A stretch of 57,166 nucleotides of DNA, filler included, from Dirinaria sp. TL-2023a (GCA_051941275.1; 5 parts of 5 records of this genome joined end to end with filler, not necessarily neighbours in it), one strand, 5' to 3'; positions 12,185 to 25,353 are shown, numbered from the whole stretch's first letter. Notes: generated by a model not told the origin, from the sequence alone. Program-made: numbers and translations.

Positions 12185-15100
12185 TCACAGTTTGGACTCG
12201 ATATCCTCAAATTCATTGAGAGCGGTGACTGGCCGCGCTCCCGCACTGACTGCCAACGAAGCCTTATAATCATGGACGTCGTCGATCAGTGTGGTGGCCT
12301 TCATTGAGGGTGCTTGAGGTAGTTCTGTCGCGCCATCTTCCAGATCCGCTTGGATTTCGACGCCAAGGCTGGGTAGAACAGTCCCCAGTAATTGCTGTAC
12401 CTGTTGGATTACTTGTGCTGACTTGTCCTGCGGCGTCTGGACGTCTTCAAGGTACGCCGAAATGGCCTTGATGATGCCCTGTTGATCGCCACCAGCCACA
12501 TTGACTGAAGCAAACCTCTCAGTCAGCTTCTCAGCGTCGGCATCGATCCCCGCTGAGGTCAGGTATTTACTGAGAAGGCTAAGGACCTTCTCCCTTTGAG
12601 TTTCCGCAGACATGGAGCTGGCTACCACCTTGGGCGAAGACTGGGCGATCATGTGGACGGATAGCTTGGAGCGACGAGGCGACTTTGGGTGGATGTGTTC
12701 TTCATAAAAATCGATCATCTGCTCTTTGGTAATCGGTTTGATATGTGCTACGTCCCTATCCACTTGCTGAAAGTCGAGGTATTCGCTGCTGATGTGGGCC
12801 CAGAGTCGTCCAAACTCTTGTCCGAGATTCTTGAGCTTTTCCAAGCGTTTGTTGATAAGGCTCTTCTTGTGGCTTTCGAAATCTTCTAGCGGCATGTCTT
12901 TCAGCTTTTCCGCGAACATTACCAGGAATGCATTGATTCTCTTCTCAAGGTATTCGGTTGACTTTTCGGACTGAATAATGACCCGATAACCGCTCATTGT
13001 CGCGGCTTGTTTGGACCCCGTGAAGACGATGTAGCCCAACTGCTCTTTGGTTCTCAGTTGATCGAATCCTCGTTCTTCCGTCATCTGCGCCAGCAGAAGC
13101 AACTTGGCCATGCCTACTCTGTCTGTTAGAGGTCCAGTCTGCACATAATACTCGATGCAATGGTTGACGTTGGCTGGATCGGCGAGTGTTCGCTGGTACG
13201 TGAAGTCGGCTCCTTCGGGTAGAATCAAGTTTCGACGAACATGCCACTGAGATTGAGGAAGTGTTCGTGGCTTCATTGTCTTTTCAATGAGATCCGTCAT
13301 ACGCAAGGCATCCTCTTTATGAATGTTGCCATGGGCGAGCACCTCAATGTGCATTTGACTGAGTAATTGAGGGAAGAATTTTGACACATCATCGGCATTG
13401 AGATGGACTAGCTCGGCTAGATACTGCTCATTGATGAAGCCCTTTTCCTTTCCCAGCCAGCTGCTGAAATCGCCTACTTGCCGATAAGGCTGTTGAAAGC
13501 TCCAATTTCTATAACTCCGAATGATGCGCTCCTTGACAATCTTGAAGCGGTCCGGCTTGATCTCTAGATCCCGCATACTTATCAAGACCTTTTCCAAGAG
13601 GACCGCCATTTTGTCACTGTACCCACTAACGTCGATGTCGAGGCCCAGACCATAGCTAGCGAGTCCGTATTCCAAGCCAGCAATTTCAGCATCATATGAG
13701 TATTCATTTAGGGCATCCTTGACCAATTCGCAGTACAGCTTCATCATGACAGAGCTTGCAGGAGTAGCCGACGGAAGAGGATTTCTGAGCAAGGCACTGA
13801 GATTGCCCTTAGGCACCCAGAACTGGTCGTCCTTTTTCCACCAGGTTCGAGCTGCCTCATCGTTGCGAATCAGTTTCGGGGCCTTTGCAGGTTCTGAAAT
13901 GTCTCGCTTGTCAACAGTCAACTTTGTGGGGATGAACTGGTTGGGATGTGGCAAATGCAGCTCCGGTATCCGAGTTCTCACTGTGCTTTCCCCTGCTTCT
14001 CGAACGGCAGTCTCAAACTCTGGATCAATACGTTCGATTTTGTATTCTGTACCATACCATCTCTCTTTTTGGTCCCAGTCGCCTGGGAAAGTTTGACTTA
14101 CTATGGTTAATCGATAGTTATCGGTTCTGAGATAATCGAGTCCTTTCTTGATACCTTCAGGGTCAAACCTGCGGATCAAGGATGACCCGCTGAGTAGCCG
14201 CTCCCGTGGCAGAGGCTTTTGCATGACACTGCTTGTCTTGCTGGCGAAACTGCTGGCGGGAGATTTTTGTTGAAACCTAAAGTCGACTTCTGCCATGCCT
14301 TTCACCTCATCGACAATCCATTGCTCTGGCGGCGTCTCCTTCAGGAGGGATATGTATTGAAATATAACTTTGACAACCTCCTTGTACTCCGCCAACCCCT
14401 CCTCTGTCAACCGTATAGATACACTAAAAAAGGCCGACCCTGGGCAGAGAGGCATTGCTCCTGCGGACAGACTATTCGCCCATCCCTTTGCCTTAATGTA
14501 CGCTAGTACACTACCAGGACCTTCATGTCCAATCAGATGGCTGATGTAGCGACTCGGCTGGGTTTCGTGCATGTCCTCCTCATCTTGATAAGGGAAGTAT
14601 AGGTCTAGCATTCTTGAGTCCATGACAGGTTTCGCAAAGACCCGAGTCATATATTCCTTTTCCGAGTAAGGTTGCTGGCCATCCCACTTTTTCTTGGGTA
14701 AATCCTTGTTCCGGACGCCCGCGAATAGATCGCCGACCCACGATTCCAACTCATCCAGCGATTCTCTTCCCAGAACCACGAGCTTCATTCGATTTGCGGA
14801 ATAATTGCGACTGTGAAAGTCTATGAATTCTTGTCTAATGTTGACACCTCTCTTCCTTGGTTCGTCTCGCAACGTTTCCAAGTTACCGGTGGAGAAGTGA
14901 TGGTATGGGTGCTTTGGGTTTGAGAGGGACTTGTTCAACTGTGACAGCCGCCAGTTGTCGCTCTGGAGGTTCTTTTTATTTTCGGAGTCGACTGCCTTGA
15001 GCTCTCGATCGAGGGTAGAAGATAGAAACAGGGGCGCAATGAAGAATTGTGCAAAACGGTCTAAAGCGCCGTACAAGGGCGAGGGGGTATGGCCATTTGT

Positions 15101-15689
15101 GAGGGCAGAATTAGAAGTCTCTGATGATGCAGCTACCTCGAAGAAGTAGTTTGTCTCTGTAGCCGCAGTGTAGGCGTTGGAGTATCCCGAGTGAGCGGTG
15201 AGGTACTGATTGTAGGCGTTTTCTTTGGGGTACTGTGGGATTGTCAGTCAAGTATATGTCTCGCTAATGAGGGGCAGGTACTACCTTCTCAGTCCCCATA
15301 AAAAGGAGATGCTCGACGGCATGGGCCATGCCCGGCATGTCGTCGGCATCACTAAAGCTGCCTACGTTGATATTGACGGATGCGCTGGCTTTATCTGTCG
15401 CAGGGTCATGCACCAGCAGAGCCTCCAATTGATTGGGTAACCGTATGACTCGGTATGACCTGTCGTCCAACGAGGAGGTTTCTAACTTATCGGTAATGCG
15501 CTCAATGGGCGCCATGGTCACAGTCGCATAGGAACGAGAAGTGTGAAAATTCCTGCGAGGTTTCCGGGATGAGGAGAGTAGACTGCTGAGCCGCCGACTA
15601 GTGGGCAGCAGTCGACATATGCATGTTGCAATGGTGGCCGATGGAGGGTGAAGGAAACGAGTATTAATACCAGGGTTTTTGCTGAACAT
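12185..15689 (-). CDS. STE23: M16A metallopeptidase, insulin-degrading enzyme / Ste23 orthologue, 2 exons
   Basis: Inverted zinc motif HAVEH in GMAHAVEHLLFMGTEK|YPKEN (intron 15233-15284); also HLIGHEGPGS and FDQLRTKEQLGY. The C-terminus is ...ESKL. A second in-frame ATG lies at 15515 (MAPIER). Confidence 0.93.
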
Positions 15690-16556
15690 GCCTTGTCATC
15701 AAAAATGTTTGGGAGGACATTGTAAGTACCTCCGTACCGCGATTAAGGCAGTGTAGCGGGAACGATGAAGCCCCTCGGGCGTCGACCTACAGGCTAGAGC
15801 CATGCATCATCCCTAAGGTCATGTAGGTAAGATTACATTACTTTATGCATGATCTTATGCACACCACTTCTACCCCAGCTGGCCCAAGCTCCTCCTGGCC
15901 AGTGAAAGAAAAATGAACATGAGATCGATTAGGTTGAGACGCCGGACAAGTTCGGATCTAGCCGAAATACAGAGTACGATAGTAATATGAACTCGTGCCT
16001 CACCGTCAGCCTTACGCACTTCACATTGTTGTGATGACTGATGAGTCATGGAAGATGGCCATTGGCATCAAAATTCATCCAGAAAGAATAATCAAGCATA
16101 CTTTACCAAATGAATGAATAATAATGTGAAGATGCCTGCACGCTGGCTCGGCTGGTCGGATATCGGGAAATTCATGGTCCGAGGCGGCGACTCGAAGCCA
16201 AGACTGCGTTGATGGGGTTCCCTACAGGTACCTTCGGTTCTGGGTGAGCTGGCTACACAATAGGTAATAATTTAGGCGGTCTAGGTAATCATTTCTAGGC
16301 ATTCTCGTAAGGTAAGGTAGTACATAGTCTTCCAGGGCGCCCCCCAGGTATCAACAGCGCCAGTGACATTGGCCAAGACTCCCTAGCGCCGGATGATTTC
16401 CAACATCCCGAATCTCCGTGTCATCAATAAGCAGAGAAGCACTTATGTTTACTGAACAGCCGTGTCAACACCTCACTCCAACTACCGTCTACTCAACCTC
16501 CCATTAAGGATGACTGACAAGTACCGGTAATCTTTGAATCAGGCCTCAGGAACTCG

Positions 16557-18305
16557 ATGGCGGACAGACAGTCCATGAATCGGGTCCCATCCGCGACCGC
16601 TGCCTCTCCTGCTACTCGCCTTCGTGGACATGTTGGATATTTGACACAAGAAGAGAGCGCTGCCCTGGATGCCTTCAAGCAGCTGACCGCCAAAAATGGC
16701 TTCTTCACGCCGGGGACTGCCAAGAAAAAACCTAGCCACGATGACGGCACCCTGGTGTACGCTTGCCCCGCCTCGTACTCCCTGTGAAGCTCTCTAACCA
16801 TCATGTAGCCGGTATTTGCGCGCCAGGAAATTCGTCGTCCAGGACGCTTACGAGCAGTTCAAGGACACAGAGATCTGGCGCAAGGACAATAATCTGGAGG
16901 CCCTCTACGAAAAGATTGACATTCAGGATTACCAACAAGCCAGGAGCGTGGTATGCCCGGACTCCAGCTTTGCTATCGAGCGAGATAGCTGACGAGAACA
17001 GTACCCTCAATGGACTGGCCGCAGGGACAAGCGTGGCATACCCGTCTATCTGTTCGAGGTCGGCAAGCTCGATTCGAAGAAGATGATCGCATACTCCTCA
17101 GCAACGTCCAAATCCAAAGTCAAAGGTCCATCGCCTTCGCGGATGCTACGCCTCTTCGCGCTGTATGAGAATCTGACCCGTTTCGTCATGCCCCTGTGCA
17201 CGGCAGTCCCAGGTCGGCCGAACCCGGAAACGCCTGTCGACCAGTCCAATAACATTGTCGATATTTCACGCGTGGGGCTGAAGCAATTTTGGAATCTGAA
17301 GAATCATATGCAAGATGCGAGCCAATTGGCCACTGCGCACTACCCGGAGACGCTCGACAGGATCTTTGTAAGCCGGGGATCTTGTGATAGCCACCTGAAG
17401 GCGCTAGCTTATACAGACTGCAGATTATCGGAGCCCCTGCGTTTTTCCCTACCGTTTGGGGTTGGATCAAGAGGTGGTTCGACCCGATTACTACATCGAA
17501 GATATTCATACTCTCGGAAAAAGATGTATACCCTACGCTCGTCAACTTCATCGATCACGATAGCATACCCAAGAAGTACGGAGGTGGCCTGAACTTTGAG
17601 TGCGGCAAGCTCCCAGTTCTCGACCCCCAGGTTCGGGGCGCGCTCGACATACGGGGGTCCGAGGAAATGTTCCTGACGGCGCCCGTGAGATGGATGGACG
17701 ATGAGAATGGAGAGATGATGGCGCTAGGGGTCGGGAGTATCGATGGCCGGGAAAGAAAAGAACGAATGGCGGTGCTGCACTCCCTGGCTTTGAAGACCTT
17801 GACCCGATCTTCCACGCACCAAGACCACCTGCCGCTATACCGGCCAGACACTGCCCAAACCCAGAGTCAGCCTCTGCAAGCCGACATCATCAAGAACATG
17901 GATCGCAATTCCACCCCGTCCTCGTCGCGACCTGAAAGTCGGGACCACCCCACCGTCCGCACTACACCGCAACAGCAAACGAGCGAGCCGGCGCCGATTC
18001 AACAGGCGCCAGTTCAACAAGCGCCGCCTCTCGAAGCTTCCCGCCCTCCGCCTGAACCGCCTTCGACGCACGTGCCAGTGCGACCGTCGGCGTCTCTGGC
18101 CGAACGCGTCCAACCCGGGTTCAACGAGTCACACCGGGAGCCTGCCAAGACGCTCACATCCGAGGCGCCGGACGGGACACCAGTCGCCAATGGCAAGCCG
18201 AAGAGCGTGCCGATGCCGGAGCGGCCGGTGAGGCTGGAACGCAACGAAACGGTGTACATGACCCCTGCCAGCGAGCCCAGCGAGATCCCCGACAAGTTCC
18301 TTTGA
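16557..18305 (+). CDS. Sec14/CRAL-TRIO lipid-binding protein with a Pro/Gln-rich disordered C-terminal tail, 4 exons
   Basis: DDGTLV|RYLRARKF, YPQWTGRRDKRGIPVY, HYPETLDRIF|IIGAPAFFPTVWGWIKRWFDP and IPKKYGG; introns 16757-16808, 16951-17001 and 17368-17423. Confidence 0.9.
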
Positions 18306-19091
18306 GCGTGGCTTGGTGGGACGATCGCAATGTACAGATGTTTTGGGCGATCCTCGAGCTCCAGTGCCTTATGATGTTGATGACAGGCATCCTGTACCCT
18401 GTACATACGGCATGGGGAGAGAACAGCATTGGGGGACGAGGCTCTCGCGTAATGATTTGCGGTGCGTGTTAGCCATCCTCTTAGCCTAGAAGTCGATGAA
18501 AGTCGACCAGTGCCTCGTCGATACTCCTACCTTAATTTCCATGATCGTGTCTGGGGCTGTTGATTCACTTATTCACTGTGGGTGAGATGCAGTACTCCGT
18601 ACGGAGTACATCAAAGGGTGTCGGCCTTGCATTGAGCGTGCAATGTGCATGCGCCCGGCGTCGAATCAGAAAAGATCCCGATGTGCATGCACAGTTCCCT
18701 ACTCCACAGCGGCAGGGCGGTTTGCAAGTCGAGTGTGCACCACTGCCACTGGCCACTGCACCTCGCCGAACCACTTTCCGTTTCGGTTTCGAATCCTGCG
18801 CTGCCTCGAGATAATGTACAGTAGGCATGGCAGTCACTGGGCTGCATCGAACGCTGGCACATATACAATGCAGTACCTTACATGGAAGTACGAGGACTCA
18901 CGTACATGACTTTTACGAGGACAGACAGTCAGACACCCAGCCAAGAAGCCACCTGAAGTCACCTTGACCGCTGATTCCAGAGATGATTGGGTGAAGCCCT
19001 GAAGCGAGACGACATCGATTCCTTCATTAGTTTAGCGTCCCTCGGTCGCGGCCCCGCATGAGAGCTAAGAAATGCACGGGCCACTCTAGCG

Positions 19092-19260
19092 CCAAGCCTC
19101 CAAGCCTCCAAGCCTCCAAGCCTACCTTTACCTGAGGAGTCAGTCAGTAGGAGTCAGTCAGTAGTAGTCAGTCAGTAGGAGCCGAGGGAATCCAACCAAG
19201 TGTGTGACGGCACCAGCAGGTCCAGCACCAGAACCAGCACCACCAGCACAACCAGCCAGA
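19092..19260. repeat. Patch of short tandem repeats
   Basis: (CCAAGCCT)x4 at 19092-19123, AGTCAGTCAGTAG x3 at ~19138-19180, and CACCAG-type repeats at ~19211-19260. Confidence 0.75.
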
Positions 19261-19757
19261 AAAACCTCCCACCTACTACCCACTTCCCCACCTCCCTACC
19301 GGAATGGCGTCTCCTATGGCTGGACGTGGCTGCGAGTAATAATAACGTATCAATATTAATTCGCTCCAGCCATCACCTCGATGACTCGATCTTCGATGGA
19401 AACCCGTTGCCCTGGATCTGTACCACTGCCCGGTCCGAGATCGTCAGTACGACATGCCGCCGTATCGAGCTTCCAATCAGAATGGAAGAAGAAAGAATAG
19501 AGTAGGTAATCAGGAGCCACGGCTGGACGGGGACATGGAGCCCGCCAACGGGAATCCGGTGCTTCACTACTCCTACTACAGGGAGGCATGCCGCCTGACG
19601 TGAATCCTTCCCTCCTCCTTTATCGACATACTCACCCTACCCACCATCCCCTTTGAGCTAAAGGCCGGGCGAACAACTTCTTACGACATATCCTCCTCCT
19701 CGCCCTGCTTCTTGTCGTTGCCATCAATGGGTGCATGCGCTTCGACTACGACGCATC

Positions 19758-20928
19758 ATGTCCATTGGCGTGGCCATCCTCGGAGCCGGGGCGTTTGCGC
19801 GCGATGGTATGTCCTCAGTCCGGTTCTCTCCCCAGCAAAGAGAATGGAAAGTGCTGAAGGTCCGCGACAGAACATGTCCCGGCTGTCCAAACCAGCTCCT
19901 TGCTTTCCCTGAAGGCCATATACTCCCACTCCAAGGTCGCCGCGCAGAAGCTCAGTCAGTCCAAAGATATTGACTGGTACTACGACCATCCTTCCACACC
20001 CCGTTATGCGCTCTCCGACCTCCTTGCCCGAGAAGATATCCATGCAGTCATCATCGCCCTGCCCCTTTTCCTGCAATCCGACCTGATCAAGAAGGCCCTC
20101 TCCGCGGGGAAACACGTCCTGAGCGAGAAGCCCATCGCCGAGGATGTTGGCTCAGCATCGGAGCTGATCGAGTGGTATCGAAGATCCAGGCGCAAAGAAA
20201 TATGGTCCGTGGCCGAGAACTTCCGCTTCCTGCCGGGAATCCGCCTTGGTGCGGATCAGCTACGGAGGATTGGGGGGACCGTATTGACCTTCAGCATGAA
20301 TCTCTTTGGATTCGCGCAAGAGGACGAGGCGTTCTACCAGGCACAAGCGTAAGCTTCCACTGCGTCGAAACCGTGGAAGGATATGCTTTAGTAGCCGCTG
20401 ACCATCGTCGCCCGCAGCCAAGCACCCGGCCACCAAGGCGGCTTCCTACTCGACTCCGGCGTCCACTTTGTGGCCGGTCTTCGTTCTCTTTTGCATGCGG
20501 CAGACCAAGAGATATCCTCCCTCACCGCTTTCACTTCTCTCCTCGCCTCGCGTTTGCCCCCCGTCGACACCATACATTCAACCCTGCAGCTGCGCAACGG
20601 CAACAATGGCTGCTTCAACATCTCCTTCGGAGCCGAATTCAAGACCGCTTTCGAGATCGAGGTTGTCACTAACAAGGGGAGCGTGACCGTCAGGGCCACT
20701 GAGGTAGTCTGCGTCAGGAGAGACGAGGAGGGGAAGAAGTTGGAAGAAACAATAGAAGTTGGCTTCGACAATGGCGTCATGGATGAAGTCGAAGTTTTCG
20801 CTCAGAGCATACAAAACGGGGAAGCGGATGTCAGAGGGAGTCCGGATCAAGCATTAGCAGATCTCAAGGTCTTGCAACGGATGTTGGAGAGCGGTGAACA
20901 AGGTGGGTCAGTCAAGGTATTGTTGTAG
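19758..20928 (+). CDS. Gfo/Idh/MocA family NAD(P)-dependent oxidoreductase, 3 exons
   Basis: Rossmann motif MSIGVAILGAGAFA, AGKHVLSEKP, WSVAENFRF and GGFLLDSGVHFVAGLR; introns 19807-19870 and 20349-20417. Confidence 0.88.
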
Positions 20929-21695
20929 CCTCGTCTGTGCTACTGATACCTTGGATCATGATACAACGTAACAATTGTTTAGAGGGACCGCATCTGTGTC
21001 GAATATAGGCTACCCAGATATTGGATTAACCGCTGGCTTGGCTTTTTCTGTTTCAGAAACTTCGCACTCCGCCCGTACATCACTCGTCTCTGAGCCCACT
21101 GTTTCGGCCTTGTGAGCGCATCATGATAGGAATGGACAATATGGAATCACTTATGGATAAAAGTCTTACATAGGTATTCATACCAGGCAAGGGTCTTTCC
21201 CCAGCGCTCACCGAATCAGAGTCTTGTGCACCCTATGAATTCGAGGGTCGAAAATACGTAACATCGATCTGATGGAAACGCTGTTGAAAAGAGCCTACTT
21301 GTTCAGATATCACTCGAGAAGATTCGGTCCCAGGTGAAACCTTAAGACGTGCGTAGAGCTCGACTTCACTGGGAAAATGAACGAAAATAATCGAGCATAG
21401 CATTCATATAGTCATACATAGTGACGTGAGAATATCCCCATATCGAGAATGACCAATGTGGTGCCAAGGTGCACCAGCCTCGAGCTTCACTTAGCCACCA
21501 GTATCTGATGCACCTTTTTGTGCCACTGAGACGACGTCACTCGGCTAGCCATGACTCCTTCAAACGAGCTCGATAAGAAGTCTCAGAGTCTAAGCACTCA
21601 CCAAACGATGAAATAATGTTTCATCAGGTCTCGAGCCCTTTACAGCTGAGTGGGTTCCATGACGAGTTTCCTGCCCAGACCCCTACCTCTGGCCA

Positions 21696-21705
21696 TATAT
21701 AAAAG
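21696..21705 (+). promoter_or_regulatory. TATA box upstream of the small secreted protein gene
   Basis: TATATAAAAG about 140 bp upstream of the ATG at 21842, followed by a C/A-rich leader. Confidence 0.6.
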
Positions 21706-21841
21706 CACTCACTGCAGCTGTTTCCGAAGCATCAAGAACCTCCAAACGCATACTCTCAAAGCCAAATACCAATAATTTAATCTTTGTACGATACTCACGC
21801 AAATACCTCGCAAAACAACTCTCCACGCAACCACTCGAAAA

Positions 21842-22306
21842 ATGCAACTCCTCGCATTGTTCCTTCTCGCAGTGAGCGCCGGCGCTCTCCCTCCATCTCG
21901 CACTCTCCAGCTATCGGAAGCTATCACGCCTACCAATACCACCTCCCTAGCTAGCTTCACAACGCCGCATCTTCTCGGAAAGCGCGGCAATCCCTGGATC
22001 GGAAGCTTCAACAACCCCAAATGTACGGGCACACATATCAAGCCCGATCGGCCAGAACTTCACGGCAGCGATTGCACCCAGTTCCAACCGGCGGGTCCCT
22101 ATGTCCTCATTTACTGGGGCGATCCCGCGAATAGGGTGCACGAAGTAGACTTTTATGCATCGAAAAAAGAAGATGGATCATGTGCAGGCGGTCCCCTCTA
22201 TACGGCATTAAAATCCCCGAAACATGAACATACGTGCTATTCAAAGCACGATTTGAACTCGAATGGGATTGTGGGCTTTGTGGAGGTCAACACAGCTGCA
22301 GGTTAG
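21842..22306 (+). CDS. Small secreted cysteine-containing protein (effector-like), 154 aa, intronless
   Basis: Signal-peptide-like start MQLLALFLLAVSAGALP, S/T-rich propeptide ending in a Kex2-type LGKR site, mature part with 4 Cys; AAAATG start context and an upstream TATA box. Confidence 0.8.
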   Translation: MQLLALFLLAVSAGALPPSRTLQLSEAITPTNTTSLASFTTPHLLGKRGNPWIGSFNNPKCTGTHIKPDRPELHGSDCTQFQPAGPYVLIYWGDPANRVHEVDFYASKKEDGSCAGGPLYTALKSPKHEHTCYSKHDLNSNGIVGFVEVNTAAG

Positions 22307-22847
22307 TGAGGAAGGTGGAGGGGAAGTCATGGCATTGTAGATTGGGAGGATAGATTAGGAGGGTGTATCGAGTAAATGTTCCTAGCGTGAAAGGGGAAAG
22401 TTGAGCTATTCTCTCCTGGTTTTCTGTTTGCTACCTTCCACTGTTTCTTATTTGCTTTTCGCACAGATTGTATGAATCATACCTCGCTCGACGACAATAC
22501 ATGTCCATTTCTGAGAAAAGCTGAAAGATCCTAGTCAAAACACACCATCAATCCGTACCCCGTACATTGGATCGACAAGCTCAGGAGTAATATCCCCATA
22601 ACAAATAATATTTCTTCATCCGTCCCCTTTGCAACGAACGAACGAACCAACTCTACTTTCTCCGTCATTCAATCAGACAACCCCTCGCTCCCGTTCCATT
22701 TCACTACATATGCAGCTCCGACATCTTCGCAACGGACTACTCGAGGCCTCAAAATAAAAAAAAATAAAAAACATCCCCCCCACACAACTCTAATTTCGAA
22801 CTCGAAAATCACTCAGTCAAAAACAAAACATCACACCCTCCTCTCTC

Positions 22848-22947
22848 NNNNNNNNNNNNNNNNNNNNNNNNNNNNNNNNNNNNNNNNNNNNTTAATTAAT
22901 TAANNNNNNNNNNNNNNNNNNNNNNNNNNNNNNNNNNNNNNNNNNNN
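22848..22947. other. Artificial contig linker
   Basis: N44-TTAATTAATTAA-N44. Confidence 0.98.
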
Positions 22948-23437
22948 TATCTTACCTCATCCTCCTCCAAGAGCAAGTACTCGTCGTACCTACATCTCTA
23001 CAAAACTCCCTTCAAACTTTTCTTCCTTTCACTACTTCCCCCCCACACCCCCCAACAAAAAAATAATTAGAACTAGAAAAAGAGGGGGGCGGTGATATAG
23101 ATTCAAAACTTGTGAAAGCAAAAAGAAAAAGAGAAGGAATGAAATGAACTGAGAAGGAATAAAGGAAGGGATATTGGCCGCTCTGAAAAAAAGAGTGGGG
23201 GGGTTTAATTGAGAGGTATTTACATTAGAGGAGAGAGGGGAGGAGGAACATCGGAGCTGTGCAATGGGCACTTGGGAAGAATTGATTGAAGATGAATAAG
23301 ACTGGAGACTGGGGGAATTTTGCCCAGGTGGCGAGTACCTAGTTGATATGGTAAGGTGGAATTTGAATAGATGAAACTACGAAAGCAAGTATTGGAAACA
23401 GACGGGTTAGAGTGGTTGATGCAGGTCTATAAATCTT

Positions 23438-25353
23438 TTAATAGCTCGCGATCTTCATATGCCCCAGCTGATCTCTCCTCACTTTCTGCGCCGCAGCCAT
23501 CGCCATGGTGACATTCCCCCTCACAGTCCCATTCGTGCCTTCCTCCGCCGCCCACGCGCTCTTCAGTCCCCATACCTCCACACTGACACCCACGCCCGTA
23601 TTCAACCCTCCCGTCGAAATCATCAACGTGTCGAGCGGCGCCTGAGGGAAAAACGTCGTAGTGGCGCTCCTTACCCCACCATCGAGGAAAACCTCCAATA
23701 TCGACCTATCGATGACAACATCCAATCGAAAAGTGTGCGTGTTCGGGTCAATGAGGTTCGTGACGCTGAACTTGTCGGTGAGGAAGGGGTTGTCGAATCC
23801 GCGGATATATCCCCGGTCGATCCAGAAGGGCGTGTCGCCTCCGAAGAAGAAGCCGCCACGCAGCGACTCCCCGCTCACGGACGAGAGGAAGGTGAAGTTC
23901 GCTGTGCCGGACGCGTTCACGGCGGGGATCCCCGTCGCGTTGAGGGAGAAATAAAGCGCCCCGCTAGGGACTGTGGTGCTGTAGTCGTACAGAAGTGATG
24001 AGTTGGCCGCTGTGCTGTTTGCGAGCGACGATCCGGCGCTGGTGGTGTACAGTGGAGTCAGATCGAATGGGAAAGATACTAATTGATATGGCCCCCGCGT
24101 GGTGTTTGCGAGTACATTCTGCCGCGGCAGGCTCATCACTGAACGGAAACCCTCCAGTTGGCCTGTTGGCACTACTTGCGCATACTGCCAGCTGCTTGCC
24201 CATCCGATGCTGATTTGCGGTTCCGTGGGCGGGATCCCGTAGAACCACTGTCCGGCATAATTATCTTTCCCAAAATCGGCGATCCGAGCCGCCGAGTCAA
24301 CAGGTGTGAAAACCGTTCCGTTGAAGGTTCCCGGGAAATACTGCGTTATCGATCCGCCCAGAGGCGCTCCAGGATTGATGCTGATGGCGAGGAGGTACAT
24401 GGAGCCTGTGGAGGCGAAATTCGACGGGTTCAGCGGATCCGCGATGGAGGCGTTGCTGAGCATGGGGATGGGGACCAGATTGGGGCACTCGTATTGTAGG
24501 CCTAACAGACCGTGATGGCTGAAATTCGAGGCATGCGTCCAATTCTTCAAGTTGGGAGACGTGTAGATTCCAATCACAAAGTCTTGTGCGTACGACACTA
24601 CCATGACCCATGATGAAGTCTCCGAGTGCCAGATCACTTTGGGGTCGCGGAATTGTGTGCTGTTGATCGAGATGACGGGATTGCCGGAGTACTTTGTGAA
24701 AGTGTATCCACCATCGTGGGAGTATGCGATCTCCTGCACTTCTTCCTCGGCGGTATTGAGCGTGTAGATCGCGACCACGCCATTATCTTGGTCGGGGAAG
24801 AAGCCGCTTGTGTTGTTGACATCGATGACCGCTGAACCGGAGAATATACCCTCGCCTTCGGCGCCGGGATAGATGGCAATGGGCTGGTTCTCCCAGTGGT
24901 AAAGGTCTTGGGAAGTAGCGTGGCCCCAGTGCTGGTTACCGGCTACTATGTCGGTAGGGTTATCTGTGCTCAGGGGTCAATCCTGATTCGGATCTTGCAT
25001 TTGGAAAAATCGTACATTGGTAATAGAGATGGTAGGTCCCATTGGCATCGACGAACATGCCATTGGGATCATTCTATGTTGGATCTGGATTAGCTTCAAG
25101 CTCTGTTCGCCGCATTGCCCTCCCTCCTTCACTCCCCCTTATTTCACAAGATCGGAACCCTGCTTTTCGCGTGGCTTACCATGAACTCCTTTGGCGGACT
25201 GAAATGGATCTGTGGTCTTAGAGGACCGGTGTAGTCTCCAGGTACAGGAGTGCCCGTCGGCACTGCAGACTCGACATAAGAGCTTGTGGCACTCTGTGAC
25301 TGTACCCACGGCGTCAAGGCGGCAAGGGCGAGGAGGGTGGAAGGGTAGAGCAT
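23438..25353 (-). CDS. Secreted GH32 beta-fructofuranosidase (invertase), 3 exons
   Basis: Signal peptide MLYPSTLLALAAL; all three catalytic motifs present: FM|NDPNG, FRDPKV and QYECPN; also HWGHATS and DFGKDNYA. Introns 25074-25179 and 24964-25015. Confidence 0.93.
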
